A DNA stretch of 63,856 bases, counting the filler, from Octopus bimaculoides (Eukaryota): assembly GCF_001194135.2 (NCBI RefSeq). It is 5 parts of 5 records of this genome, joined end to end, with 100 filler letters (N's around TTAATTAATTAA, not from the genome) between each part and the next. Parts side by side here need not be neighbours in the genome. Positions count along the whole stretch, not along the records: positions 52,844 to 62,681 come from NC_068989.1; positions 62,782 to 63,856 come from NW_026353283.1; 3 more parts are not named here. One strand, 5' to 3'. Position 1 is the stretch's first letter. Every line of letters starts with the position of its first letter. The position numbers and the translations under genes were made by a program. This document shows positions 62,336 through 63,856 of this stretch, piece after piece. The notes below the pieces were generated by a model. That model ran no database searches and had not been told where the DNA came from. It saw nothing but the letters and a program-made list of their open reading frames with translations.

Positions 62336-63493
62336 TATATATATATATATATAACCACAATTGTGAATTCTGTCAAGAACCTTTCAATCCAACAATGTAA
62401 CACATCTCAGACCGCCTGATGATAGGTCTTGATCATGAAATTTACATTATGTGTCTAATAATTGCCTTATATTAATGAAATGTACGTAAGATAATACAGC
62501 TAAATATAAACAATCTCTATATTTTGTTTTATGCATTTGAGTGTGGGTGCATGTGCACGCACATTGGTGCGTTCGTGTGCCTCTACACACGCACAAAAAA
62601 GGGATTTGTACATATATATATATATACACACTCAGAAAACCTCAATACAACAAAGAATGAATAAAGAGGCAACTTTCATCANNNNNNNNNNNNNNNNNNN
62701 NNNNNNNNNNNNNNNNNNNNNNNNNTTAATTAATTAANNNNNNNNNNNNNNNNNNNNNNNNNNNNNNNNNNNNNNNNNNNNATATATATGTATATATGTA
62801 TGTATATATGGATGGGTAGAGGCATATGTATGTATGTATACATATGTGTGTCTGTAAGATTCAAACGTCACATCTACTACAATATCAACCTGCACAACCA
62901 CATGTTTATCGTGCAATGAGGAAGAAATAATAATTAGAAATGAAAATTCCCAAATGCTTGGAAAATGAAGACTCAGCTTAAAAGCAAGGGAAAATATGTT
63001 GGGTTAGACAATTTTTTTTCCAAACGAAAAGTAATCCCTCTTTGGGAGGGGAAATATTAGAGAAAACATCGACGAGGAAGATGAACTAAGTTTCAACAAT
63101 CTTAAAGCGTTAATGGACAAAATTACGCGTCGTCTCTGGTGCCACGGTCTTTTTGAAGGAGTCATAATTTTACAAATCCACGTTAAGTTCAGAATATAAA
63201 CAACATGCAAAAGATAGATTATTCACAAAATAAAAATCACGGCATTATACAAAAATAAAGATGTTGGTGTTATTCACTATCAAAATATCTCATAAAATGC
63301 ACATGGGAGCGTTTGGTTCCAGTCGAAAATATTTTGAGAAATGGTTAAGTGAAAAACATGTGGTGTGCCCTCATTCAAGATAGCCAGTAATCTTTCACGT
63401 CTTCTTAGATTATATCTTGCTTAGCAACTTTCGATGCTATGAATGCAACTAAATATCTAGATCGAGGGAGTGAATAAGATAAAATCCAGGTTT

Positions 63494-63675
63494 CATATGT
63501 TTCCGAGCGAGCAGATCCTCTGGTGTAATAATTACTCAACGAGGGATACTCTGCTACCAGCTCATAAGGCCGAAAGTACCTTAATTATATGAAGTTACAC
63601 TTCAAAAGTAGTCAGAGGTGCACCCCTCGTTGAGTAATTATCACATCAGAGGATCTGCTGGCTACAAAACGTATG
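63494..63675. repeat. Imperfect inverted repeat: 52-bp arms, 78-bp spacer (MITE-like)
   Basis: 63494-63545 matches the reverse complement of 63624-63675 at 45 of 52 positions. Confidence 0.9.
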
Positions 63676-63856
63676 GAGCGTTCTAAGAGGTACTATAGTT
63701 GTCAAGAACTCAACTGTCAGTTGAACATTTGAAATCTGATGATTACTCTATGTATGAAAGCGCTAATTTAACTTTATGAGCATTGCCAAATATTATTTTT
63801 AATGTTAAAATACCATAATAAAAAACGTGAAAACCAGAATATATATATATATATAT

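Noticed and set aside
62415-62450. CTGATGA...GAAA hammerhead-like core
   Set aside because: Stem II mispaired and no stem I; at most a decayed remnant.
24418-62737. TTAATTAATTAA at 24418, 36418, 52788 and 62726
   Set aside because: Always centred in a ~100-bp N gap; a scaffolding marker, not biology.
62985-63075. KGKYVGLDNFF, piggyBac-like motif
   Set aside because: Single short motif with no neighbouring support.
63555-63580. CTCATAAGGCCGAAAG resembling a hammerhead core
   Set aside because: Two core mismatches, no workable stems II or III.

Overview
AT-rich, microsatellite-dense animal DNA from a gapped draft assembly (many N runs). The SINE repertoire points to an octopus/coleoid cephalopod; this is recognition from memory, not a database result. 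I find no intact protein-coding gene, true tRNA, rRNA or CRISPR array. The long ORFs in the track are N runs, microsatellite translations or transposon remnants. The window is a transposon graveyard: (1) about a dozen fragments from at least four subfamilies of R4/Dong-like RLE retrotransposons, several lying in (AAT)n tracts and sharing a 3' AAACTAC motif; (2) three tRNA-derived SINE superfamilies with swappable modules; (3) RTE, Tx1/L1-like and Penelope-like remnants, one with a minimal hammerhead-like motif; (4) Tc1/mariner, hAT, piggyBac-like and Helitron remnants; (5) several foldback elements, one with perfect 132-bp arms. The best leads are the (AAT)n-resident retroelements, the variant hammerhead, an RTE carrying three C2H2-type fingers and the foldbacks. 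None is shown here to be a new biological system. Boundaries of degraded elements are approximate (about +/-30 bp).
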